64,000 nt of DNA from a virus. Positions within the stretch are counted from its first letter, which is position 1; each line of letters opens with the position of its first letter. The stretch covers positions 1 through 64,000 of IMG/VR virus record IMGVR_UViG_3300030329_002830; one strand, 5' to 3'. This document shows, one piece after another, positions 63,559 through 64,000 of the stretch. The translations under genes and the position numbers were made by a program. The notes below the pieces were generated by a model that made no database searches, was not told where the DNA came from, and was given only the letters and a program-made list of their open reading frames with translations.

Positions 63559-64000
63559 AGCATCTCCCTAAAGGATTCTCGCCACAATACTTTACTCCAT
63601 TCTGCCCATCACGGAAAGGCAACAAGCAAAAACCTCTGGAGGTTCAACACCCCCAGAGGTCGAGCATAGATCAACAACTTGACCTTCCTATAGCCAAAAA
63701 TACTGCAATGGGGACTGTAAAATCGACCACAGGCCAAATCACACTACTTATTTCGACCATCACAGTCAAATAACAAAAAAAATGGTCCGCCAGCTACGAA
63801 AGCCAGCGGACCACAACAACAGAATGAGGACATGACGCCTCAAGACCATTCTATGCACCAAACCTCACTCACGCAAGAATCGGCAATACTTTGTCACGCC
63901 AGAGAACCCACAACCAGCACTTCTGGCCGGCGAATCAGGATGATCCTCCGCACAGCGAAACTTCAATATCGCCCACTGCTGCATCTTTGCGCTCCAACCC

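Noticed and set aside
1-64000. Integrase, DNA polymerase, reverse transcriptase/DGR, IS elements
   Set aside because: No diagnostic motifs recognised in the ORF track

Overview
The window looks like most or all of a ~64 kb tailed-phage genome (Caudoviricetes, probably podovirus-like: no tape measure or sheath gene recognised, but adaptor, nozzle and ejection-type genes are present). The + strand arm (1-19.3 kb) carries many small early genes behind repeated sigma70-like promoters, a replication module (Zn-finger/TOPRIM primase, VirE/VapE-like ATPase, SF2 helicase), a YqaJ/RecT recombination pair and a tRNA-Asn. The - strand arm (19.3-63.6 kb) carries SSB, terminase, portal, scaffold, major capsid, tail and ejection proteins, a 3500-aa polyvalent protein and a lysis cassette. 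No DNA polymerase or integrase was recognised. The standout feature is at 4.85-6.6 kb: a stand-alone RAMP/Cas7-like gene followed immediately by a non-coding array of six units. Each unit is built from 5-nt modules (a near-constant (G/T)GC triplet plus a variable dinucleotide) and closed by a conserved GGAAACTTTCAATC linker. This is best read as a compact phage RNA-guided system whose guide information is non-contiguous (VIPR-like), not as a classical CRISPR. All family assignments come from motif recognition by eye; no searches were run.
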